A DNA stretch of 55,820 nucleotides from Macrostomum lignano (GCA_002269645.1 NIVC01002650.1:1-55820), one strand, 5' to 3'. Shown: positions 32,300 through 50,217, counted from the stretch's first letter. Made by a program: numbers and translations. Notes: a model not told the origin generated them from the sequence alone.

Positions 32300-34219
32300 G
32301 CTGCATCGAACCCTCTCCTGCTTCTGCTCTGCTATGAGTGCATGAGGCACCCAACGGGCTGTGACCTTGTGGAGGCCAAGATGGTCATGCAGGATGGTTC
32401 GGACACTGCCATCAGAAATGCCGATTGTCTGGCTAAGTAAGTGCAACGGTGATATTGTTGCGATCTTTGTCCACCAGCTGTTGCACATCTACATGTACAT
32501 GTTCTGCTGCTCGATCAATGATTGGCCTCCCAGAACGACGGCTGTAGGTCATGGAGCGTCGACCAGCACTGACCAATTCAATCCTACGGTCGACGGTGCG
32601 GTATGAAGCTGGGGCCTGATCTGCTACAACTTTGGACTAGCTCGGCATTTTGGTGGCGTTTTCTCCAAGCGCGATCGCTTGAAAACATAAAATCTCCACA
32701 GATCAGCAGTGATATTTTCCATTTGAAGGCTGAAAACGAGACTGTACGTTAATCAAAATGCTCTAGGAAAAAATCCGTGGAATGAGCTGAAAAATTATGA
32801 ACAAACGCAAAATTATTACTCATTTCATGAGATTAAAAAACGGTTGCATTTATAAACATTATTTAAAAAGTTATGAGCTGCAGTTGCCTAAACTTTTTGC
32901 GCACCCCTCCTAGCGTAGTCGCACTGGTTTCTCAAATATCAGTTGCTGCATGATAGCTTGATGCGGTCGGTTTTGATTTTTTTGTGATTGATCCTACTAA
33001 TCTAAACTGTATGGGGCTGTGTGGGCGGTGATTACTTATAATACGCGAACTGTGAATTTTGAATTGTGATAAATGGTACATACGAGCTCGTATTTACATT
33101 ATGTACAGATATTGAAAGTTAAACAAGTTAAAAAGAGTCACATGAAATTAAATTGCTCCAAGGGTGTAGCAGCGCCCTTAGTCCGCACTTTAGTCGCCCT
33201 TTTGTACCTAATACGAGTACAGTCTTCCATTATCAAATAACCCTACGAACATATAGCTATTTAAAAGTGCGCTGTTGTTTTAAGCCTGATTTACCCATTT
33301 TAATTTAATTGTATTTTATTATGAACTTTTTATACATAATTATTGTTATACCAAAAAAAGTTTTTTAGTATTCAAAAATATTTTCTTGTAGTCACGAGGC
33401 CTGCTTTTATATTTGAAAATTACTTTATTGAACATATTTGGCACATTTTTATTTGAACATGTTGTAAAGGGCCCCGACCTCTCGCTCTCATACCTCGAAA
33501 ACAAGTGAATGTAAACCTATTCTACGCGACTGTATAAATATAATAACTAAAGTTTTTTTACTGAATATTTAAACCTATAATTCAAATTTAGGATCCTAAA
33601 TATCAAATCCTAGAATACAAGAAATACCTAACAAAGGTTGGAATTCTAATCATAATATTATAGTAATTAGTAACATTATATAATTACAAACAAAATATAA
33701 CAAGCTTATTAAAGTATAAACAAGGCCTAGTAAATTAGGCCTAATTATTAAGATTTGTGCAAGGTTAAAATATTGACAAGTCTTAAAAACAGTAATAGAT
33801 TGGCCCTGCAGTATAAAAATAGGTAATCTAATAATAAAATAGGGCCTATAGAATTTTTTAAATTTAATTTAAAAGTAGGCTAGGCCTATGTCTATGAATA
33901 TATAAAGTCAATGCTAGCATACATGCGCAACCTCTAAAATTCAGTCGGCCGTGCGACTTAGTTTTAACAAAAGTGCGACATAGTTTTTGGCCAAAAATGC
34001 AACTTACATGTAAAAAAAATCCTAAAGCAAAATTAACGCAACTTTGGGTAAATGGCAGGAGTAACCATAACTGTCTTATTAAGCCAAAATGCCTCATCAG
34101 CTACTTAGTACTACTACTTGGTGTTTTTTGGGTGCACATTTTTGTGACTTTCTTGGTTGGCCGCCAAATCGGTCGGCTGGATTGGCCAACTCGGCTGATT
34201 GTTACGCATGTATGAATGC

Positions 34220-35074
34220 TAGGGATGCCAATTCTGGTTAACTAGTTAACTAAAAAAAACAGTTTTTTATGTTTTTGTATTGTTATATTGCATGTTGTAA
34301 TTAAAACAAACTATTTCTATGCATAGATTTGTATTCAACCCTAATTTACAAATTATAGATCACAAATCACAATTTGTAGATAAAATATATAATGTAAAAA
34401 GGAATAAGACCTAATCTAATAATCATAGGCCTATCAATCAATCAAATGAACAAAGCAATATGAAATAGGGGCCTATATCTATTTTAATATCAAATTATTA
34501 ACTATTACTTATTGTCATTATTAAATATGATTTTGTTGTGTGGTTAGATTCTGATTTGATACCTCAACTAACTATGAACTATTAAGTCTGTGTTGTATAT
34601 AGCATACTACATGTTGAAAACTTGAAAGTAAATTTTCTAATTTTTTAAGCAAATTCATTATAATATTATTTATATGGCCTTTAAACAGTATAATTTCTAT
34701 TGATAATGAGATAATAAGATAAATTGAGAAAGCAAAGCATGTGTATTAATGTACTAATTTACTTTTTCTAATTATTATTCCACTTTATCTGTTTGCATAG
34801 GAAAAAACTGCTAACTTTAATAAAATTTCCAATCAAAAATGAATAATAAATTGAATGCACCTTTCATTTGGTGATAGACAAGTACGCTAAAAAAGAAAAT
34901 ATGATACAAAATCAATTTCAAGTATATTTTTATGGTGCAAGCATGCTAAATGACCTTTTTTGAGTTGTTTGGCAGCAAAAACTAGTATAAACTGGTTTTA
35001 AAACCTGTTATGGCCAAAAAGCAGGTAAAACCAGTTAACCAGTTCCACAAAATTGATGGTTTTTGGCATCCCTA
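34220..35074. mobile_element. hAT-type non-autonomous element (855 bp)
   Basis: TIR tagggatgcca/tggcatcccta (Ac-like TAGGGATG), subterminal aactggtt/aaccagtt motifs, and a degraded 8-bp TSD atgaatgc/atcagtgt (5 of 8 match). Confidence 0.7.
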
Positions 35075-35279
35075 ATCAGTGTCAAAGGACTTGCTTAGGT
35101 CTTTGGGGGTTAATAAAGTCTATCCTAGACCTAGTCTTTAGTCTTATAACTATAAGCATATAATTATAAATATATATAAAATCAAAGTTTTTTATTTATT
35201 AGTATATTTATTAAGAATAAATATTTTTTGAGCAGCAAAGAGCTTATTAAGATATTTTAATTAAAAATATACCTATTAA

Positions 35280-38200
35280 CAGTAGAACTACCAAGGGGGG
35301 GGGGAAAATTTCCCCCCCCCTGACAATTTTTTTTGCTGCGCCGGAATGGAGCAATGCAGGCACACAAAATTCAAGAACACAGGCTAACTTTTTGTTGCGC
35401 ACCTTCTCAAACAAGAATCAAGTCGCCAACCCTCCGGACCGTTGAGATATTCGACGATTCTGCCAGAAGGTCGGATTTTTCCCATAAGCGCTAGTGTATT
35501 CAGTATACCCCTGTGCGCCAAATAGCACTGCGCCTCAGTGCAGCCTTGCCAAGTCTCCAAATTTCATCAGCACGTCGACCAAATGTGTCTGCATCAGCTC
35601 TGACTTCGTTGGTTACTGGCCTTCACCAAGACGGAGCTTCTAGACCTTCAACAGGTGGCACCAGGTGACTATGAACACCTTGATACGAATTTCTCTAGTT
35701 TCGCCGATCAAGCCTCGACAGTAGGCAAGCCTCAACTGCCAGACACCCTCAGCTAGTCTCCTGAGCATTCATTCCTTCATCATCCCGACACCGTCGGCAC
35801 CTTCAACAGGTGGCATCAGGTGACTATGGACGTCCTGTTGCAAATATGTCAGGTCTTTCTTATCAAGCTTCAATAATGGGCAAACCTCAACCGACGGACA
35901 TTGTCAGCTAGTCTCTCAAGCATTCCGTCATCATCCCGACGCCGTCGGCTCCTTCAACAGGTGACATCAGGTGACTATGGACGTCCTGTTGCAAATATGT
36001 CAGGTCTTTCTTATCAAGCTTCAATAATGGGCAAACCTCAACCGACGGACATTGTCAGCTAGTCTCTCAAGCATTCCGTCATCATCCCGACGCCGCCAGC
36101 TCCTTCAACAGATTACACCAGGTGACTATGAACACCTTGATGCGAATTTCTCAAGTTTCACCGATCAAGCCTCGACAGTGGGCAAGCCTCAACTGCTGGA
36201 CATTGTCAGCTAGTCTCTCAAGCATTCCGTCATCATCCCGACACCGTCGGCACCTTCAACAGGTGGCATCAGGTGACTATGGACGTCCTTTTGCAACTAT
36301 GTCAGGTCTTTCTTATCAAGCTTCAATAATGGGCAAACCTCAACCGACGGACATTGTCAGCTAGTCTCTCGAGCATTCCGTCATCACCCCGATGACGTCG
36401 GCACCTTCAACAAATGACACCAGGTGACTATGAACACCTTGATGCGAATTTCTCAAGTTTCACCGATCAAGCCTCGACAGTGGGCAAGCCTCAACTGCCA
36501 GACACCCTCAGCTAGTCTCTCAAGCCTTCCGTCATCATCCCGACGCCGTCGGCTCCTTCAACAGATTACACCAGGTGACTATGGACAGCCTGTTGCAAAT
36601 ATGTCAGGTTTTTCTTATCAAGCTTCAATAATGAGCAAACCTCAACTGCTGGACATCCTCAGCTAGTCAGTCAAGCATTCAGCCATCACCCCGACGCCGT
36701 CGGCACCTTCAACAGGTGGCACCAGGGGAGTAAGGACACCTGAGCGTGATTTTTCATCATGCTATTAACATTTCTAAATCATTAAAAAATGAAAAAACGG
36801 ATTGAATTTACTGGCTTCTTAAAAGCATAACCCTTTCTGCATAAAAATTGGGTTCAATATTATAGTTGAATAAACTAAACAGCTTTTCGAATAAAATATG
36901 TATGTAGCTCGTATGCATAAAAGTATGTGTAATAATAATATAAATATACAGCAACATGAGTTCAAGCTTAACTATAGCAATGTCCGTGCTTTAAAAATTT
37001 TGAGAGCTTCAGAAATGTTAAGAGCATGATGAAAAATCACGCTCACGTGTCCTTACTCCCCTGGTGCCACCTGTTGAAGGTGCCGACGGCGTCGGGGTGA
37101 TGGCTGAATGCTTGACTGACTAGCTGAGGATGTCCAGCAGTTGAGGTTTGCTCATTATTGAAGCTTGATAAGAAAAACCTGACATATTTGCAACAGGATG
37201 TCCATAGTCACCTGGTGTAATCTGTTGAAGGAGCCGACGGCGTCCGGTTGATGGCTGAATGCTTGACTGACTAGCTGAGGATGTCCAGCAGTTGATTTTT
37301 GCCCACTATCGAGGCTTGATCGGCGAAACTAGAGAAATTCTTATCAGGCTGTCCATAGTCACCTGGTGTAATCTGTTGAAGGAGCCGACGGCGTCGGGAT
37401 GATGGCTGAATGCTTGACTGACTAGCTGAGGATGTCCAGTAGTTGAGATTTGCTCATTATTGAAGCTTGATAAGAAAAACCTGACATATTTGCAACAGGC
37501 TGTCCATAGTCACCTGGTGTAATCTGTTGAAGGAGTCGACGGCGTCGGGATGATGACGGAAGGCTTGAGAGACTAGCTGACAATGTCCGTCGGTTGAGGT
37601 TTGCCCATTATTGAAGCTTGATAAGAAAGACCTGACATATTTGCAACAGGACGTCCATAGTCACCTGATGCCACCTGTTGAAGGAGCCGACGGCGTCGGG
37701 ATGATGACGGAATGCTTGAGAGACTAGCTGACAATGTCCGTCGGTTGAGGTTTGCCCATTATTGAAGCTTGAAAAGAAAGACCTGACATATTTGCAACAG
37801 GACGTCCATAGTCACCTGATGCCACCTGTTGAAGGTGCCGACGGTGTCGGGATGATGAAGGAATGAATGCTCAGGAGACTAGCTGAGGGTGTCTGGCAGT
37901 TGAGGCTTGCCTACTGTCGAGGCTTGATCGGCGAAACTAGAGAAATTCGCATCAAGGTGTTCATAGTCACCTGGTGCCACCTGTTGAAGGTCTAGAAGCT
38001 CCGTCTTGGTGAAGGCCAGTAACCAACGAAGTCAGAGCTGATGCAGACACATTTGGTCGACGTGCTGATGAAATTTGGAGACTTGGCAAGGCTGCACTGA
38101 GGCGCAGTGCTATTTGGCGCACAGGGGTATACTGAATACACTAGCGCTTATGGGAAAAATCCGACCTTCTGGCAGAATCGTCGAATATCTCGACGGTCCG

Positions 38201-38381
38201 GAGGGTTGGCGACTTGATTCTTGTTTGAGAAGGTGCGCAACAAAAAGTCAGCCCGTGTTCTTGAATTTCGTGTGCCTGCGTTGCTCCGTTCCGGCGCAGC
38301 AAAAAAAATTGTCAGGGGGGGAAATTTTTCCCCCCCTCTTGGTAGTTCGACGGGCGGAAAAATGGCTTGGTATTCCTACTG
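35280..38381. mobile_element. Foldback-type element: about 1.4-1.5-kb inverted arms with 151-bp internal subrepeats, flanked by TTAA
   Basis: TTAA|CAGTAG...CTACTG|TTAA. The arms 35280-36778 and 37009-38381 are reverse complements around a spacer of about 230 bp. The anchor caggtgact recurs at 35662, 35817, 35968, 36119, 36270, 36421 and 36572. No transposase ORF. Confidence 0.9.
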
Positions 38382-38689
38382 TTAAGACTTATAACTTATG
38401 GTTTATAAAGCTATAAGCTATTGTTATTAAAACTTACAGATTTTGAACCCATTGAATTATAATCCCTAGAACTATTTTTGCATATATTCTTAAAGCTGAA
38501 GTCATAATCAAACAAATACTTCCTATTAGTAAATATACTACTTGCTAGTAGTAAAGATAGATATAAATATAATAGAAGTAAATTTGTATTAAATTAAAGT
38601 TTGAGATTAGCATTGATCTTGTTAGTTGGTTGAAAGTTGGAATGATTTATGATAGGTATGTCTATCTAAAGCATGCATTTACAAACTCT

Positions 38690-39010
38690 GATCTCTGGCT
38701 TTTGCTTCTCTCTCTATCCCTTAGGTCCTTTGAAACCTTTTTTATCTCTCATCTTTATCTCTTATTTATTGATAATTTTCTCTTTCCTCTCTTCTTTCCT
38801 TCTCTCTATCTTGTCTCTGATCTCTGATCTCTTTTCTCTTCTTTTATTACTGCTTTCTTATCTCTTCTAATTCCTTTTTTCTTTTTCTTCTTATCTCTTA
38901 TCTCTCTTCTCCTATCTTCTCTCTACTCTTCTATTGTCTCTTGTCTCTCTAAACTACTCTTTCCTACCTTCTCTCTACTCTCCTCTCTTATCTAATCTCT
39001 ACTCTCCTAT
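38690..39010. repeat. CT-rich low-complexity tract
   Basis: tctct, tatct and ttctct runs. Confidence 0.7.
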
Positions 39011-39018
39011 TCATACAT

Positions 39019-39179
39019 GCGCAACCTTGGGATTCACCCATCTGTTTCTATTGGCAACACACACACACACATGTAAGTCGCTATTGGCTGAGAGCAGTCA
39101 CGTGACTACTATTCCGTCCAATAGTGACTTACATGTGTGTGTGCCAATAGAAATGGCTAGGTGAATCCCTAGGTTGCGC
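39019..39179. mobile_element. About 160-bp palindromic MITE-like element
   Basis: The arm gcgcaaccttgggattcacc...acacatgtaagtcgctattgg pairs with ccaatagtgacttacatgtgt...ggtgaatccctaggttgcgc. The loop contains gtcacgtgac. Confidence 0.7.
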
Positions 39180-39808
39180 CCAAGCATGCTCCTATTTATC
39201 ATGTCTCATACATGCACAACTGCTGGCCAATCTGGCCACCATTATTGTGGTGGACCAGAAGTAAGTTGCAGAAATCTCCATCCAAAGAATATGGAAGTAG
39301 TACTAATTAGAAGAAGAAGCATTTAGCCTTTGTTCTGGCCAGATAAGGGAAGGAGACAGGCGGAGGTTGGGGTGGCTGTCTCGATGACAAAAAAACAGAC
39401 TAACTTTAAAAGTGCATAGCGCCATTCAGAATTAAGTTTGAGACTCGAAATTGTACACGATTGTGTCAAAGTAATTGATTGTTTGTGTCAAATTTGAAGA
39501 GGATTGGTAAAAGTGAAGCAATGATATTGACGATTTAGTAAAAAAAACCTGTTTTGAGCAGTTTTTTGCACTTTTAGGTAAGTTTAAAGGTAGCCTAAGA
39601 TATTCTCCGTAGTGAGTTTAGGGTGGGTGCAAAATGTGGTGTAATTTGGTTGAGCGGTTTGGGAGTCCATAGCGAACAAATTTGTCCACAGACACAGAGT
39701 TTTCATTTTTATAGGTAGAGAAGCTAGTACAATGCTATGCTTTCAGTTCAATTTTTATAGATTATTACAATAGATTCTATACATAATTAGCTTTTGCCTA
39801 AAACTTTG

Positions 39809-42800
39809 ATGATACAGCTTAGTAACCAGACTACAGAGGGAGGAGCGTGTCTGCTCACTGCTGTGCAGGACTCACTGCGCAGGGCTGGCTGCAGTAATGG
39901 CTCAATCAGCGGCCCAAGCACCTCCCGAGTTCGAAACCCGCTGATTGGCCACCTGCTAGAGCAGCGGCTAGAGTTTGTTCCATCGCCTGGCAACTGGGAT
40001 GCTAAGGTGCTTGAGAAACTAAAACAGCTTGGCGCTACAATACTGACTACTGCAGCAGTTCCTGCTGTGCCGCCTGCTCAACTACTGAGCAGCAAAGATT
40101 GCCAGGCTGTTAGCGAGGCTCCTAAGAAGCTAGCACAGCCAGTGCAGAAGTCGGACGCCAAGAAGCCGCAGTTCAGTTTTGCTTCTGTGCAGCTCGACCG
40201 GCCCTACCATGGCCAGCCCTGCGGATTCGCCAACGAGGGCAACTATTGCTACATGATCTCAGTGCTGCAGGCGCTCATTCACACCGCTCCGTTTGTCAAC
40301 TTTGCCTGCGAGCACCGGACCGTATCGGCCTGTCGTCAGGTGGACAATCGCGGCCTGTTTAACCAGCATGGGCAACGGCAACATCCGGGACACCAGCAGC
40401 GGCAGCATCAGCCAGCTCGCTGGTGCGCAGTCTGCGAGCTGGCCGCCTATGCCCAGCGACCAAGTGGCAGCGGCGCCGTCTATCCTCGCGCATTCATGGC
40501 CAGAGTGACCACCGTGTCGCCAACTTTGCGCCCAAATCGGCAAGAGGACGCGCACGAATTCATGCGCTGCCTGCTAGACTATATGGAGCGCAATTGCGGC
40601 GGGGATAAGCGCCGATCAGCCGGCTCGCCAGCTGGTCCGATCCGGGTGCTGTTTGGCGGCCGGCTGAAGTCCTCGGTGCTGTGCACCAGGTGCGGCACAG
40701 AGTCGCGCACATTTGAAGACTTCATGGACCTCAGCCTGTGCATCCAGTACAGCTCCAGCCTGGCTGACTGTCTGCGCAAATTCGTGTCCCCGGATCTGCT
40801 CAAAGATTCCAACGCTTATAAATGCGAGAAATGCCGGACTAAAGTGACCGCTAAGAAAAGTTTCAGCATTGCGTCTGGCCCGCCAATATTAACAGTGCAG
40901 CTGAACCGATTCCAGTGGGGCCATAGCAACAAGATCAGCCGGTTCGTGCAGTTCCCCCTCAGCATCGATCTCAGGCCGTACATGTCCAAGCCTGGCCGCC
41001 CTGTGCACTACGAACTTTACGCGTTGGTTATTCACCAGGGCTCCAGCACCAAGTTCGGGCATTATTATTGTTACGCTAAACGCGGCAACGCCTGGTGGTC
41101 GTTAAATGATTCCTGCGTCGATCGAATCAACGAGTCGCGTGTACTGCAGTCTTGCCCCTATATTCTGCTGTACAAACGGACCGATTTGAGTCCCCTGATT
41201 GAGTCGTCCACCGTTGCTTCCGCTGCGGCTTCCAGTAACCTGTCTGTTGGAGACGCTAATTCTCTATCCTCGCCGGTTGCCATGGCGACTGGCGGCGTTA
41301 CTAAAAGCCAATCGCTTGTCAAGCCAAAACTGGAATCTGCCAACTCGGTTGCTATGGCAACAGGAAATGATTCATTTTCTCCAAAGCGCGCCAAGTACGA
41401 TCTCACACCCTCCAACTCGGTTGCCATGGTAACCGGCAACGGTCCTTCTGGTCTGTCACAGACGAAGAAACATCAGACATCTAGCTTGGTTGCCATGGTA
41501 ACCGGTAACGGTCCTGTAGGCCTGTCGCAGGCTAAGCACAAGCAGGCGCCCTCCAACTCGGTTGCCATGGTAACTGGCAATGGTCCTGTAGGCCTGTCGC
41601 AGGCTAAGCACAAGCAGGCGCCCTCTAACTCGCTTGCCATGGTAACTGGCAATGGTCCTGTAGGCCTGTCGCAGGCTAAGCACAAGCAGGCGCCCTCAAA
41701 TTCGGTTGCCATGGTAACCGGTAACGGTCCACAAAGCTTGTCGAGTACTATGTCGCAACCAAAACTTAGTAACGGGCCTCAAAGCCAAGCGCATGCCAAA
41801 CCCAGATCAGGATCTGCCAATGCGGTTGCCATGGTAACAGGCAACGGTCCGCTATCCCCAGGGCATACCAAACCAAAACCTACATCTGCTGCTGAGACAA
41901 CCGTCAACGGGCCGCTAAGCCTATCCAGCTCTAAGCCACAACCGATTCAGCAACTAGCTCACGGCACCAAAGTTGCCATGGCAGCAGCAGCAGCCGGCTG
42001 TCAGCAGATGCGAAACAAGCCTAACAAAGAGCTGCGCCAATTGATGTCTGCCAGTCCGCGGCGCCCCGACCCGCTTCCGTGGAGCGCTAATTCCTCGCCA
42101 CAGAAATCGGAGTCTCTGATTCCCAATGGTGTGTCCATTAACGGCAGGAAGCGGAAAGTCAGCGACAGTCAATCTTCGGCCAGTTCGTCCCTGTGCGATC
42201 AGGTTTGTCTGTTTATTTATTATTGGTAGACAAACAAACACTATTATAGCGTTATAGGCAATGTTGTGTATATGCTGGAAATAGAATATACCGATAGAAA
42301 TATGCCTTACCCACTTACTCAGTAAATTAGCTATCCGCGACCAACTTTGCTTTACCTTTGCATAAATGCCGTCGGTGATAACCCACTGGGCTAAGCAACC
42401 CCAATATATTGCCAATTACTATTAGTAGGAATGAAAAAAATGGACATTATGGAGGATTGGGAAATGTATTTAAAAATATTTCTAGGCTGGTATATATTTT
42501 TTTCTCCATGGAATATTACTAATGGCGAGATCTACTTACAGTACGGTTTGATCAAAGTTATTGTGGGGTTTTTTTAGCTATAGGTTTACTGTTGATTAGT
42601 AGCATATAATGTAAAAATTATAATTCAGAAATGTGATAAAAAATTCTCTTTGCAGCTGTCCGCCCAAAACCAATCTGAGCTGGACAACAAAAAGCGAAAG
42701 AAAAAAGAAGCCAAACGCAAGCTCAAACTGTTGAAGCTGCAGCAGAGCTCTGGCAGTGCTGCCAGTCTTGTGAATGGAATCGATTCAGTGGTGTGCAACG

Positions 42801-42814
42801 GGCACGTCGACTGA
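39809..42814 (+). CDS. Ubiquitin-specific protease, USP36/USP42-like (exons about 39809-42202 and 42656-42814; 5' end uncertain)
   Basis: Cys box GFANEGNYCYMISVLQAL, QEDAHEF, zinc-site CTRC and CEKC, His box YELYALVIHQGSSTKFGHYYCY, and WWSLNDS. A low-complexity tail is followed by a basic KKRKKKEAKRK final exon. Phase-0 intron CAG|gtttgt...ttgcag|CTG, and AATAAA at about 42909. Confidence 0.92.
41276..41985. promoter_or_regulatory. Cluster of nine RFX X-box-like palindromes inside the USP coding exon
   Basis: GTTGCCATGGCGAC at 41276, GTTGCTATGGCAAC at 41348, GTTGCCATGGTAAC at 41420, 41489, 41561, 41705 and 41825, CTTGCCATGGTAAC at 41633, and GTTGCCATGGCAGC at 41972. The motif match is direct; function is untested. 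Confidence 0.5.
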
Positions 42815-42957
42815 GTGTTTTTGTTTGCTTCAATAGTTTTCACATCTTGGACAATTATTTATTTTCATTTGAACATACTCGTCTTCCTTGATTGCAAAAC
42901 ATCAATTAATAAACACTAATTAATACAGCAATGATCTAGACAAATTCTGTTCACTCT

Positions 42958-43375
42958 CCGGCTGCCTCCAGCCAGCCGAACCCCCACCCCACTCCCAATG
43001 TACACTGCCTCCAGCCAGCCGAACCCCCACCCCACTCCTAATGTACACTGCCTCCAGCCAGCCGAACCCCCACCCCACTCCCAATGTACACTGCCTCCAG
43101 CCAGCCGAACCCCCACTTCACTCCCAATGTACACTGCCTCCAGCCAGCCGAACCCCCACTTCACACCCAATGTACACTGCCTCCAGCCAGCCGAACCCCC
43201 ACTTCACTCCCAATGTACACTGCCTCCAGCCAGCCGAACCCCCACTTCACTCCCAATGTACACTGCCTCCAGCCATGGCCGAACCCCAACCCCACTCCCA
43301 ATGTACACTGCCTCCAACCATGGCCGAACCCCAACCCCACTCCCAATGTACACTGCTTCCAGTCAGCCAAGTCCT
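42958..43375. repeat. 43-bp minisatellite just 3' of the USP gene
   Basis: Unit tgtacactgcctccagccagccgaacccccaccccactcccaa. Confidence 0.93.
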
Positions 43376-44458
43376 GACCAATTCTAAATTTTGATTTTGT
43401 TTAAGCAACAAATTAATAAAGTTAGGCAATTTTTTCATGTGCCTTTTACGCGCTATCAAAAAGACAATAAAATTACTCGGAATAAGGACATCAATATTGT
43501 ACCTAATACTTGTTACAATTGATTCTTTGCCTAAATAATCACTCATTATGTAATATAGTAATCGATTTTTAATAAACTGACTTCTTAATGGTTCATTTCG
43601 CTTGATCCTATGTCATACATGGCAGTCATTGAAAGCTTATTTTTTGTCTGGTAATTTGGATCTACAATGTTTTTATAACTCCATAGTCATTTACCGCTTT
43701 ATAAATGAATAGAAATTACAGGACTGTCACTAATTCTATCACCGATCAGGTGTCAAGCAGTTTACCTGTCAAGCAGACCTATGTTTTCCTAAATTGTAAA
43801 AAAAACCATTTTAACTTATTTTTCCTATTATTCTTGAAGTTTAATGTTTTGAAGGTTGCTGCCAACGTGTTCTGTTGTATTGCAATTTTTTTAACAACTG
43901 TGCATAACTTAAGCTTTTGAGCAGTAAATGAATTATTTTAAATAAAAAATTGACATCATAATTTTATTTAAAATGGCTTAGATTTAAAGCAGTTTCAAAT
44001 AATTTCGATTCATATAAATATTTTTATCATAGTCAGTGTTAAAATTTAATGGTAGAAGTAGTTCTGGCTATCATAATAATTTTCTCTTCTCCTTTCTAAC
44101 TAATTTGGTGCCGTGGACCTCACAAAATGCTGATGGGGTTTTTGACACCTTTTCCTGCTTGATTGCTTGGTTTAAGGTTTTTTGTCTGTTATCTTTTATA
44201 TAGCAGCTCCTAGCTAATTTCACGCGTTGCTGCTTCATGTTAGTGCTTTTTGCATTTGTTTTGCCAAAATTATACTTCATTTATCCGCTTCGAGTTTGCT
44301 GGCAGACTGCCGGACGGCGTTCATTGAACTTTTTGGTGTATATTTTGGAGGAATAAAAATTGCTAACCTACTGGGCCTGAGCTCAGTCTGAAGAAATTTG
44401 AGCTTTTGTTCTTTGCATTGGCTTTTTGTTTGATTCTCAAGTCCATATGAAGCAATTA

Positions 44459-44800
44459 ATGATTGTCAGTGTCTATCTGTAGTAGCTGAGTGATTGTCAG
44501 TGTCTATCTGCAGTAGCTGAGTGATTGCCAATGTCTATCTGCGGTGGCTGGGGGATTGTCAGTGTCTATCTGCGGTTGCTGAGTGATTGTCAGTGTCTAT
44601 CTGCAGTAGCTGAGTGATTGCCAATGTCTATCTGCGGTGGCTGGGGGATTGTCAGTGTTTATCTGCGGTTGCTGAGTGATTGCCAGTGTCTATCTGCGGT
44701 GGCTGGGGGATGCTAGTAGGAATCTGCGGTAGCTGAGTGACGCCAGTAGGAATCTGCGGTAGCTGAGTGACGCCAGTAGGAATCTGCGGTAGCTGAGTGG
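44459..44800. repeat. 31-bp minisatellite upstream of STAT
   Basis: Unit gtgattgtcagtgtctatctgcagtagctga and variants. Confidence 0.9.
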
Positions 44801-44911
44801 CAGACAGCTATTCGCATTTGCAGTTTTCAATTCACAATGCTGGCTAATTCAAAAAGCCGCTCCGCTCGGCACCGCAGGTTGTGACGCAGCCCAATTGTCA
44901 TTTTCTGCCTC

Positions 44912-50217
<5,306 letters not shown>

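Larger units (their letters stand above)
28003..32910 (-). mobile_element. Degenerate mariner (Tc1/mariner) transposon, about 1.38 kb after removing nested insertions
   Basis: TIRs gaggggtgcacaaaacgttttggcaact and agttgcctaaactttttgcgcacccctc, with TA at 32911-12. Transposase pieces: RSGRP, LHDHLGLHKVTARWVPHAL (32.3-32.6 kb), VVTGDEKW (about 29.19 kb), HHDNASSH and HPPYSPDLAP (28.2-28.4 kb). Stops and frameshifts are present. Confidence 0.9.

Noticed and set aside
36122-36666. Twin 80-aa ORFs as foldback-encoded proteins
   Set aside because: They are by-products of the 151-bp unit. The length is not a multiple of 3, stops vary among units, and there are no transposase motifs.
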